The position numbers and the translations under genes are program-made. Below are positions 48,718 to 56,839 of a DNA stretch of 56,856 bases, one piece after another; positions within the stretch are counted from its first letter, which is position 1; the number at the start of each line of letters is the position of its first letter. The notes under the pieces were generated by a model that was not told where the DNA came from, did no database searches, and was given only the letters and a program-made list of their open reading frames with translations. Source of the DNA: a virus (lineage: Duplodnaviria > Caudoviricetes); the IMG/VR virus record IMGVR_UViG_3300029169_000003, positions 1-56,856 of that record, one strand, 5' to 3'.

Positions 48718-49463
48718 ACTACCACCACTGATTTAACAATTTTCGTAGTGTTACCTATAACTCTTAAAATATACATACCTGGACTCAACGTATCAACATT
48801 GAAGTGTAATCGATTCGTGTTGACCAATACTCCGTTGTATAAATTTAATACTTCCCGTCCCAAATTATCGTACAGTATAATCGTTATTACTTCCGGATTC
48901 GGTATTTGAATATCCAAATTAACAATATTATTTAATACGGGATTTGGGAAAATTGTTACACTACCGGATTTAGTGTATACTGGTTTTTCGTTTGGGATCG
49001 GAGACACTATCGTTCCCGACTTGGTAACTATTGTCGGTTGCGATATCTCGTTAAATTTAAACGTCCCTACAACATCAAAATCGCTTAAAATGTTTTTAGT
49101 ACGTAACGTTATGTTCCCCATAGTGCTATCACCTGACAGTGTTGACAACATCTTTAACGGATTTACACCGGCAGTCGCAAAGTTCAAAACCCCGCTATCA
49201 ACACCATTTTCATTCGTCAAAACTAAATGTCCCGTGTCGAAAAAATGGGAGGCGGCATTAAACTCGACAAAGTCAAACAACAAACTATCCCAAACTATAC
49301 TCCCCTCAACCGCCCGTATTTCCTCGTTGTATATTCCATTATAATCCACATAATACGTAAACGTTGTATCGGAATTCGTCTCTACCTGTCCATGGACATT
49401 GTTTATTGTAACAAAAAACAACAACATAAATGAAATAACAACATACCAGTATTTTATTAACAT
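48714..49463 (-). CDS. Secreted protein: Sec signal, cohesin-like domain, type IX secretion (Por) C-terminal sorting domain
   Basis: Signal ending VHG-Q; IVWDSLLFDF...GVLNFATAGVNPL...FKFNE; CTD IFPNPV...LYDNLGREV...LSPGMYILRV...KSVVVV. Confidence 0.85.
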   Translation of the reverse strand: MLIKYWYVVISFMLLFFVTINNVHGQVETNSDTTFTYYVDYNGIYNEEIRAVEGSIVWDSLLFDFVEFNAASHFFDTGHLVLTNENGVDSGVLNFATAGVNPLKMLSTLSGDSTMGNITLRTKNILSDFDVVGTFKFNEISQPTIVTKSGTIVSPIPNEKPVYTKSGSVTIFPNPVLNNIVNLDIQIPNPEVITIILYDNLGREVLNLYNGVLVNTNRLHFNVDTLSPGMYILRVIGNTTKIVKSVVVV

Positions 49464-49930
49464 AACAACTCTCCTATATTTTTTAAATTGTGTCCATATT
49501 CAAATCGTCGTTCCATCTTCAGTTTATCGTGGAACTTCGGTACTTTCAAATTCTCTTTTTCCTCATACCCAACAACAGTATACGGATTTGTTTTACCAGT
49601 TACAAGTACGTAGATGTCGGCCATGTCTTCCTCCTTCACGTGTGGGGGTATCAACAACGAACCATTTTTGTACTTCGTGTGTTTGACATCAACCGTCCGT
49701 CCATCCTCCAAAACAAAATCGTATTTATCAACACGGTCCACATCGTTGTTGGTGTCGTGACGTGTTAACACATAATATACGACTTCTCCCAATATCCCGT
49801 AATAGTGACTTTCCTTATTCGTATACCCACTTACTTTCCTTTCCCTACACCGTTTACTGTTCTCTACTCGTTTGTTGGATAACTCATCAACCAAACGGAT
49901 GAACCTATCACTCAAAAATACATCCACCAT
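49457..49930 (-). CDS. PD-(D/E)XK restriction-endonuclease-like protein
   Basis: GILGEVV (motif I), YDF (II), VDVKHT (III), DIYVLV. Confidence 0.75.
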   Translation of the reverse strand: MVDVFLSDRFIRLVDELSNKRVENSKRCRERKVSGYTNKESHYYGILGEVVYYVLTRHDTNNDVDRVDKYDFVLEDGRTVDVKHTKYKNGSLLIPPHVKEEDMADIYVLVTGKTNPYTVVGYEEKENLKVPKFHDKLKMERRFEYGHNLKNIGELLC

Positions 49931-50157
49931 TACTGACCATCCTCGAACATGATACAACGGTAGAAGGATGGATCTCCTTTAATTTTATATGTTTTAAAAA
50001 TTTTAGTAAAATCCTTCCCCTTTAACTCGTAAAATTTATCCACTAATGTTTCGGGAATGAAGTACCAAACATGATTCCCCGACTCCTTATCGACTTTCCT
50101 AAAATATCCACTATTCATGATCGCCTTACAATTGAACTGTTGATATGAAATAAACAT
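49930..50157 (-). CDS. Hypothetical protein (start uncertain)
   Basis: Fills the gap in the operon. Confidence 0.45.
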   Translation of the reverse strand: MFISYQQFNCKAIMNSGYFRKVDKESGNHVWYFIPETLVDKFYELKGKDFTKIFKTYKIKGDPSFYRCIMFEDGQ

Positions 50158-50324
50158 TCTTCCAGTTTAGAAAACGCCATACTTTTCTCCCTACTTTCGG
50201 GACACACTTCGTTAATTAGGTATCCCAACTCTTTCACTTTACTTCTCATCAACTCAAACAATTCAACATGTTCAGATGTTGGCGAATGATAACTAAAACG
50301 TGTTTCTATTTCTTCTTTACTCAT
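50115..50324 (-). CDS. Acb2/Tad1-hairpin-like protein (candidate immune-signal sponge)
   Basis: RFSYHSP...MRSKVKELGYLINEVCPESREKSMAFSKLEECLFHINSSIVR helical hairpin. Confidence 0.6.
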   Translation of the reverse strand: MSKEEIETRFSYHSPTSEHVELFELMRSKVKELGYLINEVCPESREKSMAFSKLEECLFHINSSIVRRS

Positions 50325-50592
50325 ATTCATCATATCCTTCCTCGTCTTCAACCCATTCAGTTTCGTCCCAGATGTCCCCATCTCCATCTATAACGGGCGA
50401 CAAGTAATCAACAAATTCGCAATTTTCGTAATCATACAACGGGTCAGTGTTGAACGTACCACCGTCTATTTGACTTTGAGTCCAACTGTGGTATTCACCT
50501 TCCCCGCTCTCACTCAACCATAACACAAAGTTTCGACGTTGTTGTTTATCATCGAAATTAATTTTTAGCGTCGTCACTTTCTTCTTCTCCAT
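50317..50592 (-). CDS. Acidic hypothetical protein
   Basis: FVLWLSESGEGEYHSW motif. Confidence 0.6.
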   Translation of the reverse strand: MEKKKVTTLKINFDDKQQRRNFVLWLSESGEGEYHSWTQSQIDGGTFNTDPLYDYENCEFVDYLSPVIDGDGDIWDETEWVEDEEGYDEYE

Positions 50593-50779
50593 TTAATAAA
50601 TTATACAGTTCCATATATTCATGTTCAATCCCGTCTCCTTCATAATATATCCCGTGTTTTGCACTCATCACAAACACCGATTGGTATGTCGGATCTTCAA
50701 ACATTGTTGTTAAACAATCTAACAAATTCATACTACACAATAATAATTTATCTCCATCAATTTCCATATTATACTCCAT
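50558..50779 (-). CDS. Hypothetical protein
   Basis: First ORF downstream of the tRNA-like element. Confidence 0.6.
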   Translation of the reverse strand: MEYNMEIDGDKLLLCSMNLLDCLTTMFEDPTYQSVFVMSAKHGIYYEGDGIEHEYMELYNLLNGEEESDDAKN

Positions 50780-50831
50780 AATTAGTTCGTGACCACATCG
50801 TTATACCACATACATAACACTGGGTCACAAG

Positions 50832-50904
50832 TTCCGACCGTGGGATTCGAAGTCACATCCTCTTGATTCGTAGTCAAGTGTTCTTCCATTTGAACTTCGT
50901 CGAA
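50832..50904 (-). tRNA. Degenerate tRNA-Arg(ACG), probable pseudo-tRNA
   Basis: Minus strand: TTCGACG-AA-GTTC..GG..GAAC-A-CTTGA-CT ACG AA-TCAAG-AGGAT-GTGAC TTCGAAT CCCAC-GGTCGGA-A; perfect D and anticodon arms, two T-stem mismatches, one acceptor mismatch, A at position 8. Confidence 0.7.
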
Positions 50905-51035
50905 ATATATACCGGTTAAAATAATAATACCGTATTTCCAACACCATGTTCCATGTTCACACGAACTTGATAATTGTGAACATACTGTTATTTATGTTGT
51001 ATAAATATTTTATCACTTAAAAATATACGGATATT

Positions 51036-53252
51036 ATGAAACTTAAACAAACATTATTTACATTATTATTATTGTTAATCCCATTATTAACGGTTCATTC
51101 ACAAACAGTAACATATCCCGTGGAAGTAGTTGGTGCAACACTAACTACCGATACACGTACCGTCACTGTTCCTGACGTAACCGGTATCACCCGTCTATGG
51201 ATGAAGGTACATAACTTGTCGTACGACGGTAAGATGTCCGTACGGGTCAATTCTGGGACATGGTTTACACCAGAAAACGCCAACACCGAAGTTGCCGATC
51301 CTGAATATAGATATGGTGGCATCGGTGGTGCGTGGGATGTGATTCGGATCGAAGTCCCCCTCTCAGGTTTCACAGATGGAAGTAACACTATCGAATGGAG
51401 ATTTAATGGCACGGATGGATTGTCGTCTGGTTTTCGGGTATTGGACTGGAAGTTCATGACCAGCGATAGTACAGAAGTACCGTTTACTGAAACGATGGTA
51501 GAAGATGATCCGGACTTGTGGACACCTTTTACTACTCATGTCGACAGTTTGAGCGAGGGGGCAACATTATTCACCACCGGAACGATCACAACACCGTTGG
51601 GAAATCCGTCGTCTGTGAGTTGTGCCGACTGTCATAGTAATGGAGGGGAAGATTTAAAGTACTTTAATATGAGTAATAATTCTATCGTCCAACGGTCCAT
51701 ACAACACGGGTTAACGGTGAGTCAGGGGAGGAATATTGCATCATGGATCCGGAACTTGGATTTACCAAATCCTGGACGTGTATGGAATCCCCCGTTCCAA
51801 CCAGGACCAGGACAAGATTTGGTAACACCCGAAGACTGGAGTGCCGGTACTGGGTTAACGTATGTTTTGGATACTGACCAACAAATGAAAGATTACTTAT
51901 TTCCAGACGGAATCAACGACAACGGGTGGATCGATACCGATAGTTTACTTAACATGAGGGAACTCCCGACGAATATGATGATGCCCGACTGGTTTAATTG
52001 GTTGCCACGAGTTCACCCGATAGACTCATGGGGTACAACGTTTACCAACAGTCCTGCATGGGACGAATACATTAATGAGTGGCCGAGTTTAATATCACTT
52101 GGATCTTCTGTATACCTCGCCAAATCTCGTATACCTCGTCAGTTTGAGGGGATGAATTCTGCGGTTGATGACTTTAGGGAGGATACACCACCCGAATCTG
52201 GTTGGACCGATAAAGATCAAGCCGATGCAAATTTATCCCTACAGTTGTGGAACATTACTAAACATTGGGAAATAATGAGACAGTTGGAGTTGGAAGGATT
52301 AGTGTCCACATTTTACCCCACGTCTAAAGAAAAATATTCATGGTTTGGACAGGATAGAGGAATATTCAATACAGCTCCACACATCTCAGGCGTCGGGGGA
52401 CAAAGTAATTCGTACGACGGGTTTATTGAGGCCAAATATCGTTCGGCCCAGTGGTATCACCTCCAAATCATCGTTAACAATGGGAATTGCGATCCATTAA
52501 CCATTAAACCTGTAGATTGGAAATACACTTATGGTCATACGACCGACATCACTAATAATGGTGGAGGACCTGTCGGTTCACTACTTATCTCAGAGTTTGT
52601 GAAGGGTATGGAAGTTATGGATTGCGCCAATAGTGTCGGAGAACGAGGTTGGTATGCACGCCACGTCAACCCATACTGGTGGAGACAACTCAACGACGAA
52701 GGACTCACACAAACTATCCATTTCGACGGATGGAGCGATGTTGATTTAAACAACCTACGAACTACGATGTTCAGGAGTTTTATGGAAGCTAACGTAAGTT
52801 ATCCGGTGTCGTCATGGGAACGGGGTGACGACAATCACATGTTAGAGGAAGACGATTACATAACATCTCCGGACAGTTCATGGGGGAGTAGTATTCGTTT
52901 TGACTATGCCTCGTCTCTCCATACGTTATTACAGTTGAGTGATGTGAGAGGAGTACCCACTACTGCAATCGATTCGCTAGCGCGTTGGGCCGAGGAAGCA
53001 TGGCCCCTAAACAACTTCGAAGAGTTTTTTATTACAACAACGTACGGAGATGTGAGCGGGAATGGAAGTGTGACGTCTTTTGATGCTTCCCAAATACTCC
53101 AATACAATTCTGGATTAATCACTTTAACGGGAGAACAGTTGATTGCCGCAGATGTGAGTGGTAATGGGAGTGTATCGTCGTATGATGCCTCTTTAGTCCT
53201 ACAGTTTATTGCTGAATTAATCACATGTTTTCCGGTGGAAAATGGTTGTTAA
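51036..53252 (+). CDS. Secreted protein with a c-type heme motif (CADCH) and a C-terminal dockerin
   Basis: Signal ending VHS-Q; CADCH at 51621-51635; duplicated Ca-loop GDVSGNGSVTSFDASQILQY...ADVSGNGSVSSYDASLVLQF at ~53043-53240. Confidence 0.88.
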   Translation: MKLKQTLFTLLLLLIPLLTVHSQTVTYPVEVVGATLTTDTRTVTVPDVTGITRLWMKVHNLSYDGKMSVRVNSGTWFTPENANTEVADPEYRYGGIGGAWDVIRIEVPLSGFTDGSNTIEWRFNGTDGLSSGFRVLDWKFMTSDSTEVPFTETMVEDDPDLWTPFTTHVDSLSEGATLFTTGTITTPLGNPSSVSCADCHSNGGEDLKYFNMSNNSIVQRSIQHGLTVSQGRNIASWIRNLDLPNPGRVWNPPFQPGPGQDLVTPEDWSAGTGLTYVLDTDQQMKDYLFPDGINDNGWIDTDSLLNMRELPTNMMMPDWFNWLPRVHPIDSWGTTFTNSPAWDEYINEWPSLISLGSSVYLAKSRIPRQFEGMNSAVDDFREDTPPESGWTDKDQADANLSLQLWNITKHWEIMRQLELEGLVSTFYPTSKEKYSWFGQDRGIFNTAPHISGVGGQSNSYDGFIEAKYRSAQWYHLQIIVNNGNCDPLTIKPVDWKYTYGHTTDITNNGGGPVGSLLISEFVKGMEVMDCANSVGERGWYARHVNPYWWRQLNDEGLTQTIHFDGWSDVDLNNLRTTMFRSFMEANVSYPVSSWERGDDNHMLEEDDYITSPDSSWGSSIRFDYASSLHTLLQLSDVRGVPTTAIDSLARWAEEAWPLNNFEEFFITTTYGDVSGNGSVTSFDASQILQYNSGLITLTGEQLIAADVSGNGSVSSYDASLVLQFIAELITCFPVENGC

Positions 53253-53255
53253 AAC

Positions 53256-53298
53256 ATAAAATTGGGAATGGAAGTTCGTCAACCATTCCCAATTTTAT
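53256..53298. terminator. Bidirectional terminator
   Basis: 16-bp perfect inverted repeat ATAAAATTGGGAATGG / CCATTCCCAATTTTAT directly after the stop. Confidence 0.85.
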
Positions 53299-53485
53299 TA
53301 TAACATGGACATTTATAACTCGGAACAAAGAGTGGTAGTAATACGTACAAGAAGGTAACTTCTTTTAGTTATCCTTACCCAGTGTGTCGCGATGAATTTA
53401 AAAAAACAGTGTTTACGGTATCAAAAACGCAGGTGTTAATTCAAAACCAGTATTTTACCATTCGTCGTCCTAAATACTATACACA

Positions 53486-53791
53486 TTACAACGGCATCCA
53501 ACGTAAATTATTTTCATTTTTTAAATCTTTTTTTGTTAACTTATACACCGTTAATATATCATCAACCCAGTCTCCATTTCTAAACATCAACAACTCGTCG
53601 TCATCATCTATTTCCATTGTTTTCACTCCTTCCCATTCAACGTATGTAATATGGTGTTTATACCCAATAAACAAATTACGGTTGTATAAATGAGGAACGC
53701 TTAACCTGTTTCTGCTTAACCAATTAACAACATGTATCAATTCCAATCGTTCGACAACCATTCGGGCCACATCTTCCCCCGTATTACCCAT
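53486..53791 (-). CDS. Hypothetical protein
   Basis: GGAGG RBS; coupled. Confidence 0.6.
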   Translation of the reverse strand: MGNTGEDVARMVVERLELIHVVNWLSRNRLSVPHLYNRNLFIGYKHHITYVEWEGVKTMEIDDDDELLMFRNGDWVDDILTVYKLTKKDLKNENNLRWMPL

Positions 53792-54008
53792 CGTATTCCT
53801 CCAGTATGCACTGTAACGAATTCACGTGTACCAACACTACGTCTCCCGTCTGTGTGGTGATTTTAACGTTGTTGTTCGTTGTGTTTGTACTCACGGTCCA
53901 AAATACTTCTTCATCCACCTCTTTGTTATTTGTTTTAGTTCGAAGTACAGGTATTGTTATATTTACAATTTTGTTTTTCACACACGGTTTTTCAATATGG
54001 TTACTCAT
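53784..54008 (-). CDS. Hypothetical protein
   Basis: GGGGG RBS before ATG at 54008. Confidence 0.55.
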   Translation of the reverse strand: MSNHIEKPCVKNKIVNITIPVLRTKTNNKEVDEEVFWTVSTNTTNNNVKITTQTGDVVLVHVNSLQCILEEYDG

Positions 54009-54057
54009 GTTACGACCCCCGATTTTTTTTAATAAACATCTAATTAATGTTATTCCT

Positions 54058-54585
54058 TTATTCCCTACCATCCATTTCAAAACTTTTCACTGTTTTCATC
54101 AACTCGTGATATCTGGTGGCGACATCCAAATCCGTAAACACTATATTATCTACCCAACCCATCTCTGGTTTGATGTAAGTGTAACGATGGGTAGGGTGGT
54201 CACTATCTATCCCTTCTGGTTTATCTTGAGGATTTACCATCCAACTAAATTCCCGTTTGTTATATATGTAATATTTTTGTCGAAATACTGGTAAAAACAA
54301 AACAGAGGAAACGCCAACTTTAACACACTTCACTTCGTTTACAAATACAATATCTATTCCCCATTCACCGTTTTTACCGTAAAATAGTTTTTTGTCCGTA
54401 TTATACACCACTACTGGTTCGTCAAACAAAAAAGTAATATCGTCGTAGTCTGAAGTTAGGAAGTCTTCATTGACCGTGGTTAAGTTAAACAGTGCCGCCT
54501 CTTCCACGTCTACCGTATACCCGTAACCGTGTTCCAAGTAGTAGTCTTTTTCTCCACTCTTAATCTTAAATGTTACTTCTTTCAT
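54058..54585 (-). CDS. Hypothetical protein (right-end paralog array)
   Basis: VVYNTDKKLFYGKNGEWG module. Confidence 0.65.
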   Translation of the reverse strand: MKEVTFKIKSGEKDYYLEHGYGYTVDVEEAALFNLTTVNEDFLTSDYDDITFLFDEPVVVYNTDKKLFYGKNGEWGIDIVFVNEVKCVKVGVSSVLFLPVFRQKYYIYNKREFSWMVNPQDKPEGIDSDHPTHRYTYIKPEMGWVDNIVFTDLDVATRYHELMKTVKSFEMDGRE

Positions 54586-54866
54586 TATATTGAATCTCCG
54601 TTTAAAAAAACATAATCGTCTATATTGCCAATCAACTCAAACTCCGTATACTTATACGGATTCATTCCCCAGGAACCATCGTTTTGGTAAAATTGTGCCC
54701 GACATTTACTAAAGATATATGATGGTTGTTCGAAATGAAGATGTATATCTCTTTCTGGTAAATCTTCATATGGTAAATCCGAAACGGTGAATGTTTGATA
54801 ACCTCTTACGCCCCATCCACCTTCTCCGTTATACCATAAATCGTGGTACTTAATTTTAAATAACAT
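54585..54866 (-). CDS. Hypothetical protein (right-end array)
   Basis: FKIKYHDLWYNGEGGWG; TAATG coupling. Confidence 0.6.
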   Translation of the reverse strand: MLFKIKYHDLWYNGEGGWGVRGYQTFTVSDLPYEDLPERDIHLHFEQPSYIFSKCRAQFYQNDGSWGMNPYKYTEFELIGNIDDYVFLNGDSI

Positions 54867-54867
54867 A

Positions 54868-55377
54868 TTATCTACTTTCTCCGTTTTTAGTCCAACGTGG
54901 AATTTGTTTAATTTCGTCGAATACTTTATTTAAACGTGTTTGTAAAATTCCATATAACTCGTTTTTTCCTATAAAAATATCTCTATCTTCTTCTGTGTAA
55001 AATACTAAACAGTCGGGGTTTGACTCAGGCGACGTCGCCGTAAATTCCTTTTTAGTTTTTGGGTCGTACACATAATATGATATAGGTTGAACAACATCTT
55101 CAACATTTTTTATAACGGCAATATCATAGTGGTTTAACAATACCAACGGTATGTGGTCAAATATAACATTTCTACTTCCCCATTCATACTCTCCGTCCCA
55201 TCCCCAGGACGTCAAAAACCTAGAATTATTAACGTCATACACCGAGAACGAAAATCCTTCACTTTCAACGATACTATCTTTATCGTCGATGGGTGGTAGT
55301 GGACCGTTGCTTAAACTTTTCAACGTGTTGTCCTCTAACCAAACGACACCGTCTTTATCTTCTACATTAAACTTCAT
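54868..55377 (-). CDS. Hypothetical protein (right-end paralog array)
   Basis: FSVYDVNNSRFLT...EWG and YYVYD...VFYTEEDR modules. Confidence 0.65.
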   Translation of the reverse strand: MKFNVEDKDGVVWLEDNTLKSLSNGPLPPIDDKDSIVESEGFSFSVYDVNNSRFLTSWGWDGEYEWGSRNVIFDHIPLVLLNHYDIAVIKNVEDVVQPISYYVYDPKTKKEFTATSPESNPDCLVFYTEEDRDIFIGKNELYGILQTRLNKVFDEIKQIPRWTKNGESR

Positions 55378-55609
55378 AATAATACTCTTCTTTATCTATG
55401 ATTGGGATATCTTCTAACTCATGATTTAATAATTCTATTTCCTCTAGTTTGTTTTTATACAACAACCTGTTTTCCTCGGTATCGAAAAATACATATTCAT
55501 AATCACAAAAACTTTGTATATTATCTTCCGTTACTTCAAACGTTGATATATCGGTACAATCTATTCCGTAAAATATTTTATCACCCGTGGACATTTTTAT
55601 ACACCTCAT
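55367..55609 (-). CDS. Hypothetical protein (right-end paralog array)
   Basis: FYGID..TFEV...FFDTEENR module. Confidence 0.6.
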   Translation of the reverse strand: MRCIKMSTGDKIFYGIDCTDISTFEVTEDNIQSFCDYEYVFFDTEENRLLYKNKLEEIELLNHELEDIPIIDKEEYYYEV

Positions 55610-55814
55610 CTTTATCTATAAATTTTACTTGACCTTCTAACTCATACAACGTTTCCCTCATGTTCTCAATCAATTCATATTGTCTACGAGTTGTGGGAGA
55701 ATCAAAAACCATATAACATTCATGTTTCCGAATTGAATCTATATCATGTTGTTTTATTTCAAAGGTGGTACCATCGTGAATATTATATACATATAACATC
55801 TTATCTTCGTTCAT
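55581..55814 (-). CDS. Hypothetical protein (right-end paralog array)
   Basis: LYVYN..TFEI...VFDSPTTR module. Confidence 0.6.
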   Translation of the reverse strand: MNEDKMLYVYNIHDGTTFEIKQHDIDSIRKHECYMVFDSPTTRRQYELIENMRETLYELEGQVKFIDKDEVYKNVHG

Positions 55815-55883
55815 GGTCTATCTGGTGTTTATACAACTGGTTGAAAATATCTTCTTTATTTACCGTTATCGTACCGTACATCA

Positions 55884-56372
55884 TTATTCTACCATCCGTA
55901 TTTTATACAAATCTTCCTCAAATGACTTTCTGCTTTCTTCCATGTCTGAAATAATGTTAATATAGTTCACTCTATCACCTTCACTATAAAAACAGAGAAC
56001 ACCGTCTTGTTTTTTGTACTTGGTTGATTCTATCTCATACAAATTACTAACATTCCGATCCCAACAGTAGTATGTTGTATTTGGAATTGGTAGTAACGTA
56101 ACATTGTTGTTCAGCACAATATCGAATATGACTGATTCAAATTTGAATGGAGTATCTACCCATTGGTTTAAAGTGTTCGTCAAAAACAAACCGGTATTGT
56201 TATTATAAACAAAAAATCTTTGACCATTGATATTTTTTATAGTCCATGGTAGATCACGTTGGATAGTTCCACCTACTTTGTTAATTTTCCTTTTCGCCCA
56301 CCATCGTTGTAACTCGTCCAACGTTCCGGTGTCCAACGATACTCCTTCAAAATTTAGTAAATCAAATAACAT
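55884..56372 (-). CDS. Hypothetical protein (right-end paralog array)
   Basis: MLFD; FFVYNNNTGLFLT; YYCWD...CFYSEGDR. Confidence 0.65.
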   Translation of the reverse strand: MLFDLLNFEGVSLDTGTLDELQRWWAKRKINKVGGTIQRDLPWTIKNINGQRFFVYNNNTGLFLTNTLNQWVDTPFKFESVIFDIVLNNNVTLLPIPNTTYYCWDRNVSNLYEIESTKYKKQDGVLCFYSEGDRVNYINIISDMEESRKSFEEDLYKIRMVE

Positions 56373-56386
56373 AATTTACACCTTTT

Positions 56387-56698
56387 TTATATTTGTTTAA
56401 CTTCAATATCGTAGTCGACAACAATCTCCAATAACAACTGATCGAATGCTACTGGATACTCACCCCACTCGTCTTCATCCGTTCTCCAATTACAGTATAA
56501 TCCAGTACTTTTGTTTTTTATCACAAACTTTACGTTTTCGACAGGATGAATAATAAACGGGAAACATGAAGTATGTTTATACCTCCACCCCCTCCTATAT
56601 ATTTCTTTACCTTTATCTTTATACTTTTCTTTAATTTGGTCCAACGTTACGTTTTTATCTATAACGCCGTTCCACATACTTCTAACATCAAATAACAT
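56387..56698 (-). CDS. Hypothetical protein (right-end paralog array)
   Basis: MLFD; FVIKNKSTGLYC...EWG. Confidence 0.65.
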   Translation of the reverse strand: MLFDVRSMWNGVIDKNVTLDQIKEKYKDKGKEIYRRGWRYKHTSCFPFIIHPVENVKFVIKNKSTGLYCNWRTDEDEWGEYPVAFDQLLLEIVVDYDIEVKQI

Positions 56699-56839
56699 GA
56701 TTTTAATTATTGTAAGTTTTTGTAAATACAAACGGAATTTTTATAACTTCGTAATAAACCCCGACACCATTCTCGATATCATTATATACCAATTTAAGTT
56801 GTGTCTCGATATAACATATCAGGAATATCACCCCCCAGA

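Noticed and set aside
53382-54294. + strand ORFs 53382-53693 and 53806-54294
   Set aside because: Antisense to coupled - strand genes that have RBSs, and downstream of a terminator
1685-56698. Stop-codon reassignment
   Set aside because: Genes are long and tightly coupled under the standard code; TAA, TGA and TAG all end ORFs
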